Shown one piece after another: positions 1-8,563 of a stretch of 64,000 nt of DNA. Source of the stretch: an uncultured beta proteobacterium (GTDB lineage Bacteria; Pseudomonadota; Gammaproteobacteria; Burkholderiales; Burkholderiaceae_F); the NCBI GenBank assembly GCA_963729785.1, contig CAVSPM010000029.1, positions 104,748-168,747 of the forward strand, in the 5' to 3' direction. Below the pieces are notes generated by a model. The model was not told where the DNA came from and ran no database searches. It saw only the letters and a list, made by a program, of their open reading frames with translations. Position numbers and translations under genes: made by a program. The number at the start of each line of letters is the position of its first letter. Position 1 is the stretch's first letter.

Positions 1-801
1 TTCGCCGACCAGTTCAAACTGGTCGAACGTGCCGTCGATGTCCTTGCTATTGGGAACCTTGGACAGGGCGAAGGCACCGCCGCGCAGGGTCCACCAGTCC
101 TTGGTCCACTCGACAGCGCCGCCGTAGGTAAAGGCCCAGGCGTCGGCCGCGTAGTCGTAGGCGCCGCTGTTGAGTAGCGACCAGTTCAGAAAGTCGGCCT
201 TGGAATTGTTGGCATAGCGATTGGTGTCAAACAAGTCGACAACCGAGAACTTGCCCACCGTGATCGTCACGTTGTCGGCCGGCAGCATCCCGTCGAGCTG
301 GTTGCTGCCATCTTCGAGCGGGACAGGAGCGGCCGCTCCATCGAGGCCAACAACCTGGCGCACGAACAGTCGCGGAAAACGCAGATACGGATTGCGCGCA
401 CCGACCTTGTAGGCCTCGCCGCTGGCAAAGCCCGCCAGCCCCAGCGTATTGCTCAGGCCATACCCCTGATCGATCTCCGGATTGACGTAGGCAGCCGCCC
501 CGCTCCACAACCGGATCCCGGCAAACAGCGTCAGGTCCATGGTCTCCTTCTCGGCAAAGGCGGGGTCCAGGCTGTTCATGCCCTGGTAGGGGGAATGAAA
601 GGCTGGGTGAAGCTGCGAAACTGCGGTGGCCTGACCATGCAGATTCCACGACTCCATGGGCGCCGTTTCACCCGCAGCGGCGGCGTCGCCGCCGGATTGC
701 GCCACGACTTCGACCGGCGCACCGGTCTGGACCTGGGCCAGGCAGCAAAGCCAAGGACCGGCCAGCAGGCACGCGCAGATCGGCAGTTGGAAGATCTTCA
801 T
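1..801 (-). CDS. Carbohydrate-selective porin, OprB family (high-affinity Mn2+ porin MnoP-like); runs off the window edge
   Basis: Manual translation from ATG at 801: MKIFQLPICACLLAG... (signal-like), then WNLHGQATAVSQLHPAFHSPYQGMNSLDP, ETMDLTLFAG, TITVGKFSVVDLFDTNRYA and DFLNWSLLNSGAYDYAADAWAFTYG, typical of this porin family. Not in the ORF track because no stop lies inside the window. Confidence 0.85.
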   Translation of the reverse strand, partial: MKIFQLPICACLLAGPWLCCLAQVQTGAPVEVVAQSGGDAAAAGETAPMESWNLHGQATAVSQLHPAFHSPYQGMNSLDPAFAEKETMDLTLFAGIRLWSGAAAYVNPEIDQGYGLSNTLGLAGFASGEAYKVGARNPYLRFPRLFVRQVVGLDGAAAPVPLEDGSNQLDGMLPADNVTITVGKFSVVDLFDTNRYANNSKADFLNWSLLNSGAYDYAADAWAFTYGGAVEWTKDWWTLRGGAFALSKVPNSKDIDGTFDQFELVGE

Positions 802-873
802 CGCGGGAAAAATTCTTCGGTAGGTCCGGCGCCCAGACGCGTCTTGCTTGTTTTTCGAGCCCGGTACCCGTGA

Positions 874-1038
874 TCAGCGATCGCCTCCGTCGATGTGAAC
901 CAGCAGGCCGAAGTAGCGTCCCGACCCGGGCTCGGCGAACCCTGCGTACAACGCGGCCAGCAGACCGCGCGCGAGCTTGAGGATCGTCCGGGACACAACC
1001 GGGGCCGCCGCAGAGTACAGGGAAAACCTGGTTTTCAT
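874..1038 (-). CDS. Small hypothetical protein (54 aa) upstream of the porin
   Basis: GGAGG Shine-Dalgarno just upstream of the ATG (GGAGGCGTCATC-ATG). Product MKTRFSLYSAAAPVVSRTILKLARGLLAALYAGFAEPGSGRYFGLLVHIDGGDR. No family recognised. Confidence 0.45.
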   Translation of the reverse strand: MKTRFSLYSAAAPVVSRTILKLARGLLAALYAGFAEPGSGRYFGLLVHIDGGDR

Positions 1039-2042
1039 GATGACGCCTCCATTTCCGCGACTTTCCGGGCGCGCGGACGATGCCCGCCTGTGGTCGAACC
1101 GCGGCCGCCGCTCCGGAGCCGGCCTTGGAGCCGCTGACCGGCGCCAGCGCTCCGCCCAGCCGGAGCGAACACGCCGACATCGGCGCACAGCACCGACGCG
1201 CGGCAATACGCAAATTTCGTGGGAGGTGATGAATGCGGTGTCGCAATCGACGCCGCGAAAGACCGCTCACATCGCACCGCCCCGCTGTGGCCAGCGAGTC
1301 GGGGACGCGGATGGACGCGGCCGTAGTACTCGCTGGTCAGTTCACCAGGGGCGAACCGGTACTACGGCATGACTCCATGAACAGCTCCGCTGTTGCAACG
1401 GCGCGATTATCGTCCGCGTGCGTTTTCCGCGTCAAGGGGATGACCGGCTCCAAGCCCGTCGGCCGACGCACGCGAGGCGCCACGAAGGAATCGTGGACCA
1501 TGCTGCGGTCTCCAAGGCCGAGGACAGCCGAATGATGAGCTCGAAACCGTTGCTCTCATGGCCTTCGACGCCAAAGCTGCCCTTTGTGCGGGTCGACCCC
1601 AATTTGCACTGGGTACGGGCCGATTCGAACCGCGACGTCATTGACGTTTCTTTCGCCGCGGTAGGGCTCGAACAGCTCGATTCGATCGGCCTGAAAAGAG
1701 CCATGCCGTGGTATTCGACAAGGCGAGCGTCCGGCCTCACCCACCGCACGCTGCCCTTCTACGGCGGTGCCGCCTTGCGCCGATTGCCAGCGGTGCACGC
1801 CATCGATTCGAGACCGCGGCGGGGGCTGCCGCAGGTAGGCATGGATTGGGTGGATCTTGTTGCGGATCGAAGAACAGATTGCTGGCGCGATGCATTGCCG
1901 CCGGCCGTTGATATCGTGCCGGGCCGCTGAAGACTGGTCCGGATCGGACGGCCGCAAGAACGAACGGGGACGCCGTCGGGCCGACGCCTCCATCAGGCAG
2001 CAAGAACCCCTCCGTCGTTGACAACCGCGTCCGATGACCGCG

Positions 2043-2528
2043 CTAGGGGTGCTGCGTCGGCGCTTCCCCCGCCCGAGAGCCCGTCAGCATGACGCCTTGC
2101 TTTACGGCGCTCGCCGACAAGCCATCGAGCGTGGTGAGCTTTCCAGCCGGGTCCGTCCGCAACTGTCCCGACGTCGTGATGGACACCGTCGCGGTCTTGT
2201 TCGGATCTTCCTTGTAACCCTTGATCGCCTCGCGCAAAGCTTGCCCGGGGTTGCCGGCGCCCGACAGGGTATGGGGCGAAGGCAGACCGAACGCGCCGGG
2301 CGCCCCCGGCGGCTGCGTATCGTCGTCGTTCTTGCCGACCTTCGGGGAAGATTCTTCCGGTCTTTGGATCTTCTTCGGGGTTGGCGAGCTCTTGGCCGCT
2401 GCCGGTACGTGCCAGTGTCGGCCGTAAGCGATGACAAGAAACCCGCCCAACGTCAGGCCAGCCAGCGCCACCGCGACCGCCGCGCCGCGCCAGGTTTCGA
2501 TGTGCGAGGTCGATTTGGAGTTGGCCAT
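2043..2528 (-). CDS. Hypothetical membrane-anchored protein (161 aa)
   Basis: ORF 2043..2642, likely start MANSKS at 2528. One hydrophobic segment (AAVAVALAGLTLGGFLVIAYG) followed by a Pro/Lys/Asp-rich linker and a small soluble region. Confidence 0.55.
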   Translation of the reverse strand: MANSKSTSHIETWRGAAVAVALAGLTLGGFLVIAYGRHWHVPAAAKSSPTPKKIQRPEESSPKVGKNDDDTQPPGAPGAFGLPSPHTLSGAGNPGQALREAIKGYKEDPNKTATVSITTSGQLRTDPAGKLTTLDGLSASAVKQGVMLTGSRAGEAPTQHP

Positions 2529-2720
2529 CGCGCCATTTTGCGCAATGCTCGACGGGTCGATACTGCAAATTCGGCCCCCGAACCGGCACAAATTCCGCTG
2601 CACGAGGTGGTCGGCAGACCGGGGAAGCGAGCGCCGTTGCAAGCGCTGGCGCCGGCGCGGCCCGCGGGCCCAGGTAAGAAACCCGCCCAGGCAAGCCGGA
2701 TTGACCTACCGGAAATGACA

Positions 2721-2742
2721 GGGCCCGCACGTTGGCGGGCCC
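2721..2742 (-). terminator. Putative intrinsic terminator downstream of the peptide gene
   Basis: Perfect 8-bp stem GGGCCCGC (2721-2728) / GCGGGCCC (2735-2742) with a 6-nt loop, followed on the minus strand by a weak U-containing tail (TGTCATTTCC). Lies 26 nt after the peptide stop codon. Confidence 0.55.
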
Positions 2743-2768
2743 GGGCGTTCTATGCTGCGCTGCCTTGC

Positions 2769-2894
2769 TTACAGGATGCAGAGCGTGATGCCTCCACCGA
2801 TCCGGTCCAGGATGTCGTGGGTCAATTCGACGATCTCCTTCTTGTCCTGGACGATTTCCACTTTTTCCTCAACCGATTCGATGGTTTGTTGCAT
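2769..2894 (-). CDS. Double-glycine-leader peptide precursor, 41 aa (MQQTIESVEEKVEIVQDKKEIVELTHDILDRIGGGITLCIL)
   Basis: Manual translation: ATG at 2894, TAA at 2769-2771, RBS GGAG in CGGAGAAAGTC-ATG. The acidic leader ends in ELTHDILDRIGG, matching the EL(S/T)xxxLxxIxGG double-glycine consensus, and is followed by a short hydrophobic tail. Confidence 0.8.
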   Translation of the reverse strand: MQQTIESVEEKVEIVQDKKEIVELTHDILDRIGGGITLCIL

Positions 2895-3040
2895 GACTTT
2901 CTCCGCTGAAAAGATCATAGAAAATTGCCTTGAATTGACCTACAGTCCGGCGCTCGCGCCTGCCTTTCTGGGTTTTGGGGTGCCGCCTGCTCACTTGCTC
3001 TCTTGAGTTTGTGTCCGTCGTGCGCCTGGGGGAAACGTAA
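2895..3040. promoter_or_regulatory. Divergent promoter region between the peptide and TPR-HD-GYP genes
   Basis: 146-bp intergenic stretch, more AT-rich than its surroundings. A -10-like TATGAT lies on the minus strand at 2914-2919, just upstream of the peptide RBS. No clear -35. Confidence 0.45.
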
Positions 3041-4891
3041 ATGCTGATGCACCAAGGGTCAATTACCGAGTTTGCGTCGCTATTGCCTTTTGCTGACGCT
3101 ACGGATCTGTCTGAACGGATGACGCGCCTTGCCGAACGCCTACGCGAGGCTCCGCTGACAAATGACGGTAACGCCTTGTTTGATATGGCGGCGCAGGCGC
3201 TGGCGAGCCTGCCGGCGGACCCCATCAGCATCGATCGCGTGATGTGCCTGTTGTTCATCGCGCGGCACGGCATTTATTCCGGTAACGCATACGCGGGGGT
3301 AGAGCCGGCAAGCCAAGCCGTGGGGATGGCGGCTCGTCTGGGCGATCAGCCGCTGCGCGTCAAGGCACTCAAGGTGCTGGGCGCGATTTACCTCGAGAGC
3401 GGCTCCTATCCGGACACGGTCAGTGCCCTTTGCTCGGCGCTGGAAGCGGCGCGTACCGTAGGCGACGTTGCCCAGGAAGCCGAGATTCTCTCGAACTTGG
3501 GGCTCGCGCACCAATACGCCGGGCACTACAGTGCTGCGGTCCCTTGCTACGAAAGGGCTGCCGAGCTGGCCGAGGAACTCGGTATCGCGGCGATTCAAAC
3601 CGGAGCCCTGGGCAACCTGGCACTGGCGTACCTGCATCTGCGCGATTTCTCGGCCGGGATGACTGCGGCCGAGCGCGCCATCGAGGTCTTGTTCGAACCG
3701 ACGGTGGCCCATGACCGAATGGTGCGCGCCCTGGTCGAGTGCTACTACGCGCGGCTGCTGATGGAGGTGCGCAACCTGCCCAAGGCCAGGGAGCGCATTG
3801 CCCTGGCGCGCCAGTACGCCAAGGGCGCCACCGCCTTGGCGCAATTGCTGGTTGACATGACGCAGGGGCTGGCCGAGGTCTACGACCCGGCCTCGCGCGA
3901 CATCGGTCTTTCGCGCCTGCAAAAGGCGGTCAACGAGAGCCGGGGGGACGTGACCACCGCCTTGCGCGATGCGCTGGCGATGATCGTGCGCGGCTACGAG
4001 GTGGCCGGCCAGCCCAATGCCGCACTGGTCTACCTGCACGAGGTAATCCAGCTCAACGGAGACAGCCGCGTGCGCCGGGTCCTCGAGCACCATCGGCTGC
4101 ACCTGGCCAAGGTCACGCGCAACCTGGATCAGCAGGCGCAGGTCGTGCTCGAGCAGCAGAAGCAGGAGCTGCGCTTCCAGCGCCTATCGATGGACGTGCT
4201 GCGAGAGTGCATGCAGGTGCTCGAGAAGAACACGGTCGCCGCGGAGCTGCACGACGACGAGACCGGCGAGCATTGCTACCGCGTCGGCGCGCTGGCCAAG
4301 GAGTTGGCCATGCGCAAGGGCATGGATGCCGAGATGTGCACGCTGATCGACCTGTCGGCGCGCCTGCACGACATCGGCAAACTGCGCGTGCCCGATTCGA
4401 TCCTGCTCAAACCCGGTCGTCTCACGGCCGATGAGCGCGCGATCATGACCATGCATTGCGAACAGGGCTGGGAGCTGATCGGCGAGGGCGGACTCAAGCA
4501 GCTATTCGTGGCCCAGGAGATCGCCCTCAATCACCACGAACGCTGGGACGGGACCGGTTACCCGAACCGTCGCCAGGGCAACATGATTCCGCTGGCGGCG
4601 CGCGTGGCGGCGCTAGCCGACGTCTTCGATGCGCTGACGCACCGCCGCTGTTACAAGGAAGCCTGGACGGTCGAGGAGGCGCTGCGGGAAATCGCCTCGC
4701 TGCGCGGCAAGCATTTCGATCCGGAGCTCACGGATCTGTTTCTGGAAATGGTGCCGCAGCTGCAAGCCAAGCATCAGGACCTCAATGCCTACCTGGGTGC
4801 CGAGGCGCGCAAGAACAACTTCATCGCCGATCGCGCGCGGGTCGCGCGCGAACTCAAGCGCGACATGGACGGTTTCGACCTGCGCCGGTAG
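3041..4891 (+). CDS. TPR-repeat + HD-GYP domain protein (putative c-di-GMP phosphodiesterase)
   Basis: N-terminal helical repeats (EAEILSNLGLAHQYAGHYSAAVPCYERAAELA; GALGNLALAYLHLRDFSAGMTAAERAIEV). C-terminal DDETGEHCYRV, LHDIGK, HHERWDGTGYP and ADVFDALT motifs are all intact. Confidence 0.92.
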   Translation: MLMHQGSITEFASLLPFADATDLSERMTRLAERLREAPLTNDGNALFDMAAQALASLPADPISIDRVMCLLFIARHGIYSGNAYAGVEPASQAVGMAARLGDQPLRVKALKVLGAIYLESGSYPDTVSALCSALEAARTVGDVAQEAEILSNLGLAHQYAGHYSAAVPCYERAAELAEELGIAAIQTGALGNLALAYLHLRDFSAGMTAAERAIEVLFEPTVAHDRMVRALVECYYARLLMEVRNLPKARERIALARQYAKGATALAQLLVDMTQGLAEVYDPASRDIGLSRLQKAVNESRGDVTTALRDALAMIVRGYEVAGQPNAALVYLHEVIQLNGDSRVRRVLEHHRLHLAKVTRNLDQQAQVVLEQQKQELRFQRLSMDVLRECMQVLEKNTVAAELHDDETGEHCYRVGALAKELAMRKGMDAEMCTLIDLSARLHDIGKLRVPDSILLKPGRLTADERAIMTMHCEQGWELIGEGGLKQLFVAQEIALNHHERWDGTGYPNRRQGNMIPLAARVAALADVFDALTHRRCYKEAWTVEEALREIASLRGKHFDPELTDLFLEMVPQLQAKHQDLNAYLGAEARKNNFIADRARVARELKRDMDGFDLRR

Positions 4892-4896
4892 CGGCG

Positions 4897-5790
4897 CTAC
4901 CCGAGCAGCTGCCGCACGGTCGCGCGCACCAGGTCCGCGACCGAGCGCTGGATCAACGTCGCCGGCCGATGCGAGCTGGTCCCAAGGACCACCTCGCAAC
5001 GCAGGACGGGGGCGACGATGCGGCGCACGACGAACGCATCCGGGCGCGAGAAGGTCCTGACCGCGCTCATCGTCAGCACGGCGACGCCGGCGCCGTCGGC
5101 AACCAGGTCATGTATGGCCGATATGCCGTCGACCTCGAGCGCGACGTGCGGGCGCAATCCCAAATTGGCCAGCTCGGCCTCGATGCGCATGCGGATCGCA
5201 TTCGGTCGGCTGGGAATGACCAGGGGCAGGCGCGCGAGTTCGCGCAGGGGCAACGGCCTCTTGGCGCCCTTCGGCGTCTTGCGAGCGATCAGGAACAGCT
5301 CTTCTTCGAATAGCGGTTCGATCTCGATATCGGACGTCGCCGCGGCGTTGTACATCAGGGCCAGGTCCAATCGCCCCAAGACCAACGATTCGGCCATCGT
5401 CATGGACAGGCCCTCGCGGATGGAAAGCGAGCTTTCGGGAAACCGCACGCGAAACTCGCGCGTCAGCGGTACCGTGAGGATGCGCGCCAGGCTCGGCGGC
5501 AGGCCCAGGGCCACCTGTCCGACCACGGCCCCGCGCACCCGTGCCAGCGCCTCGCGGGCGTGCTCAACCTGGTGCAAGATGCCGCGGCCATGTTCGAGCA
5601 GCAGCTTGCCGGCGTCGGTCGTGCTGACCCCGCGCCCGTTGCGCAACAGCAGGTTTTGCCGCAGCTCGACCTCGAGCAGCCGCACCTGTCGACTCAACGC
5701 GGGCTGGGCCACGCCGAGCACGATGGAGGCACGCGTGAAGCTGCCCAGCTCGGCCACCCGGACGAAGTATTCGAGTTGTTTGAGGTCCAT
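4897..5790 (-). CDS. LysR-family transcriptional regulator (Nac-like), divergent from the aromatic cleavage cluster
   Basis: MDLKQLEYFVRVAELGSFTRAS...AQPALSRQVRLLEVEL HTH plus LysR substrate-binding domain; 297 aa. Confidence 0.95.
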   Translation of the reverse strand: MDLKQLEYFVRVAELGSFTRASIVLGVAQPALSRQVRLLEVELRQNLLLRNGRGVSTTDAGKLLLEHGRGILHQVEHAREALARVRGAVVGQVALGLPPSLARILTVPLTREFRVRFPESSLSIREGLSMTMAESLVLGRLDLALMYNAAATSDIEIEPLFEEELFLIARKTPKGAKRPLPLRELARLPLVIPSRPNAIRMRIEAELANLGLRPHVALEVDGISAIHDLVADGAGVAVLTMSAVRTFSRPDAFVVRRIVAPVLRCEVVLGTSSHRPATLIQRSVADLVRATVRQLLG

Positions 5791-5820
5791 GGATCGCCGA
5801 ATCCGGACGTTAGGAACGGA

Positions 5821-5860
5821 ATATCAGGCTGCATGGTATAACACTTTGGCATAGCTGATA
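5821..5860. promoter_or_regulatory. Probable LysR-binding / divergent promoter region
   Basis: AT-rich patch with inverted repeat TATCAG (5822-5827) / CTGATA (5855-5860) between the LysR gene and the tautomerase gene. Confidence 0.4.
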
Positions 5861-5964
5861 GTCGACCCGGGCGGTGGTGCGCCGAGCCGGACGGGCCGAC
5901 AATGGCATATCGATCGCAGCCGCTGCGGCCCATCCCCTCCTTCCTGACAAAGGCGCGCGCCAGC

Positions 5965-7059
5965 ATGCAAACCGCCATACCCGCCCTGTTCATGCGCGGC
6001 GGCACCTCTCGCGGACCCTTCTTCCGTGAGTCGGATCTGCCGAGCGATGTCCGCTTGCGCGACCGCGTGCTGCTGGCCGTCATGGGCTCGCCGGACAAGC
6101 GCCAGATCGATGGCCTGGGTGGCGCGCATCCGCTCACCAGCAAAGTCGGCATCGTGCGTCCTGGTAACAAGCCCGGCGTGGACCTGGACTTCCTGTTCGC
6201 CCAGTTGCAGCCGGAAAAGGACACGGTCGACACCACGCCCAACTGCGGCAACATGCTGGCGGCCGTGGTCCCGTTCGCGCTCGAATGCGGCATGGCCAGG
6301 GCGCAAGGGGACACGACCACGCTGCGCGTGCTGACCCTCAACACCGACATGCAGTGCGACATCACCGTGCAGACACCCGATGGCAGCGTGTCCTACGAGG
6401 GTGACGCGCGCATCGACGGCGTTCCCGGCACCTCGGCGCCGATCACGATCAATTTCCTCGACACCGCCGGCTCCGTGTGTTCGGGGCTGTTGCCCACAGG
6501 GCGGGTACGAGACCAGATCGACGGCATCGAGGTCACCTGCATCGACAATGGCATGCCGCTGGTGCTGCTGCGCGCCACCGATGTCGACCGCACCGGCTAC
6601 GAGTCGGTGGCGCAGATGAATGCCGACGCCGAGCTCAAGGTCCGCCTCGAGAGGCTGCGCATCGCCTGCGGACATGCGATGGGCCTGGGCGACGTCAGCG
6701 CGAAGAACTATCCGAAGATGACCCTGATCGCGCCGCCCAGAAGCGGCGGCAGCCTGAACACGCGTAGCTTCATCCCACACGTGTGCCACGACGCCATCGG
6801 CGTGCTTGCCGCGGTCACGGTCGGCACGGCCTGCGTCCTGGACGGCACGGTGACCCAGGGCATCGCCACCGTTCCCCCGGGCAACGCCAAGACGATCTCG
6901 GTCGAGCATCCCACCGGCGAATTCAGCGTCGACCTGGCGGTCGACCCGGCCAATCCACAGAACGTCCTGCGTGCCGCGCTGCTGCGCACGGCCCGGCTGC
7001 TGATGCGCGGCGAAGCCCTGGTACCGCGGTCGGTGTGGGACGGTCATCGTACCGGCTAG
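5965..7059 (+). CDS. galD: 4-oxalomesaconate tautomerase (PrpF family, GalD/LigU)
   Basis: MRGGTSRGPFF, MGSPDKRQIDGLGGAHPLTSKV, NCGNMLA and LLRTARLLMRG motifs; lig cluster context. Confidence 0.9.
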   Translation: MQTAIPALFMRGGTSRGPFFRESDLPSDVRLRDRVLLAVMGSPDKRQIDGLGGAHPLTSKVGIVRPGNKPGVDLDFLFAQLQPEKDTVDTTPNCGNMLAAVVPFALECGMARAQGDTTTLRVLTLNTDMQCDITVQTPDGSVSYEGDARIDGVPGTSAPITINFLDTAGSVCSGLLPTGRVRDQIDGIEVTCIDNGMPLVLLRATDVDRTGYESVAQMNADAELKVRLERLRIACGHAMGLGDVSAKNYPKMTLIAPPRSGGSLNTRSFIPHVCHDAIGVLAAVTVGTACVLDGTVTQGIATVPPGNAKTISVEHPTGEFSVDLAVDPANPQNVLRAALLRTARLLMRGEALVPRSVWDGHRTG

Positions 7060-7163
7060 TGCACGTCTTACCCCGGCAAGCGCCAGCGAGCGTGCGCATT
7101 GACTGCAAATACGGCCGCCGAACGATGCCGGTTCGGCAGCACCCGAAGAGAAGGAACCCTCAC

Positions 7164-7521
7164 GTGAAGCTGGACCATGGCGTCGACCTGCGGCGCCGGC
7201 TCAACGAGCCCCCGCTCTGGCACTTCCGTAGCTGGCGTTCGCGGTGCGCTCTTGCCTCGCCTTGCTCGACGGTTTCGGCACGGACGCCATCGGCGACATC
7301 GCGCCTTCGGCGCCGCAGCAAGGAAGCGGCGCCGATCGGGCACTGGGTCCGGGACGGAGCGCGCCACGATCCGGTCTGGCGGCCGGCGCGACCGGGAACA
7401 CCTCCCGCACTTGCCTGCCCTCGCCGGGCCGGCTTTGCGCCAACCGGGGTTTTCCCTGATATTTGCCACCATGGCGCTTGGGCGGTTCGCGGCCGGCGCT
7501 GCCGTGCTGGCATGGACCTAG
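7164..7521 (+). pseudogene. Remnant of an aromatic acid MFS transporter (PcaK/PmdK-like) with a large internal deletion
   Basis: RBS AAGGA + GTG. Fragments in different frames: VDLRRRLNEPPLWHF, CLALLDGFGTDAIGDIAPS (cf. family TM1 LLDGFDTAAIGYIAP) and a C-terminal GFSLIFATMALGRFAAGAAVLAWT*. Only about 360 bp remain. Confidence 0.65.
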
Positions 7522-7534
7522 GGAGGTACGCTGC

Positions 7535-8563
7535 ATGATCATCGATATCCACGGGCATTACACGACGGCGCCCAAGGCGCTGGAGGAATGGCGCAACCGT
7601 CAGGTTGCCGGCATACGGGACCCGTCGCTGAGGCCCAAAGTCTCCGACCTGAGGATCAGCGACGACGAACTGCGCGAGACCATCGAATCCAATCAGCTGC
7701 GCTTGATGAAGCAGCGCGGATCCGATCTGACCGTCTTCTCGCCGCGAGCCAGCTTCATGGCCCATCACGTCGGTGATCTGAACATCAGCTCGACTTGGGC
7801 CGCGATCTGCAACGAACTGTGCTACCGCGTTTCGACCCTGTTCCCGGACCATTTCATCGGGGCCGCGATGCTGCCGCAATCCCCGGGGGTCGACCCGCGC
7901 ACGTCGATCCCCGAGCTGGAGAAATGCATCCGCGAATTCGGCTTTGTCGGCATCAACCTGAACCCGGATCCGTCCGGTGGCCACTGGAGGGAGCCGCCGC
8001 TTTCAGACCGGCACTGGTACCCGATCTACGAGAAGATGGTCGAATACGACATTCCCGCGATGGTGCATGTCAGCACCAGCTGCAACAGCTGCTTTCACAC
8101 GACCGGCGCGCACTACCTGAACGCCGACACGACCGCGTTCATGCAATGCTTGACGTCGAACCTGTTCCAGGATTTCCCGACCCTGCGCTTTGTGATTCCG
8201 CATGGCGGCGGGGCCGTGCCGTACCATTGGGGCCGGTTCCGCGGCCTCGCCCAGGAGCTCAAGAAGCCACTGCTGCAGGAGCACCTGCTGCGCAACATCT
8301 TCTTCGACACCTGCGTCTATCACCAGCCGGGCATCGATCTGCTAACGCGCGTGATCCCGGTGGCCAACGTGCTGTTCGCGTCCGAGATGATCGGCGCGGT
8401 GCGCGGCATCGACCCGGAGACGGGCCACTATTACGACGATACGCGCCGCTACATCGAGGGCGCGACCAGCCTCACGCCCGAGGACCGGTCGATGATCTAC
8501 GAAGGCAATGCGCGCCGCGTCTATCCGCGACTGCATCGCGCCTTGCAAGCCAAAGGGAGATGA
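7535..8563 (+). CDS. ligJ: 4-oxalomesaconate hydratase (amidohydrolase family)
   Basis: [51 protein letters not shown]; RBS GGGAGG. Confidence 0.95.
   Translation: MIIDIHGHYTTAPKALEEWRNRQVAGIRDPSLRPKVSDLRISDDELRETIESNQLRLMKQRGSDLTVFSPRASFMAHHVGDLNISSTWAAICNELCYRVSTLFPDHFIGAAMLPQSPGVDPRTSIPELEKCIREFGFVGINLNPDPSGGHWREPPLSDRHWYPIYEKMVEYDIPAMVHVSTSCNSCFHTTGAHYLNADTTAFMQCLTSNLFQDFPTLRFVIPHGGGAVPYHWGRFRGLAQELKKPLLQEHLLRNIFFDTCVYHQPGIDLLTRVIPVANVLFASEMIGAVRGIDPETGHYYDDTRRYIEGATSLTPEDRSMIYEGNARRVYPRLHRALQAKGR

Noticed and set aside
1039-1240. yybP-ykoY (Mn2+), NiCo or cobalamin riboswitch upstream of the porin
   Set aside because: I could not find the conserved core motifs by eye; only generic hairpins are present.
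2769-2894. Peptide as an AgrD-type thiolactone, lanthipeptide or bacteriocin
   Set aside because: Only two residues follow the Cys, the core is 6-7 aa, and no AgrB, LanM, YcaO, radical SAM or immunity gene is nearby. Modification in trans is not excluded.
2752-3273. ORF-track calls 2752..3006 (+), 2034..2909 (+) and 2869..3273 (-)
   Set aside because: They overlap the peptide, membrane-protein and TPR-HD-GYP genes in antisense or alternative frames and have no motifs.
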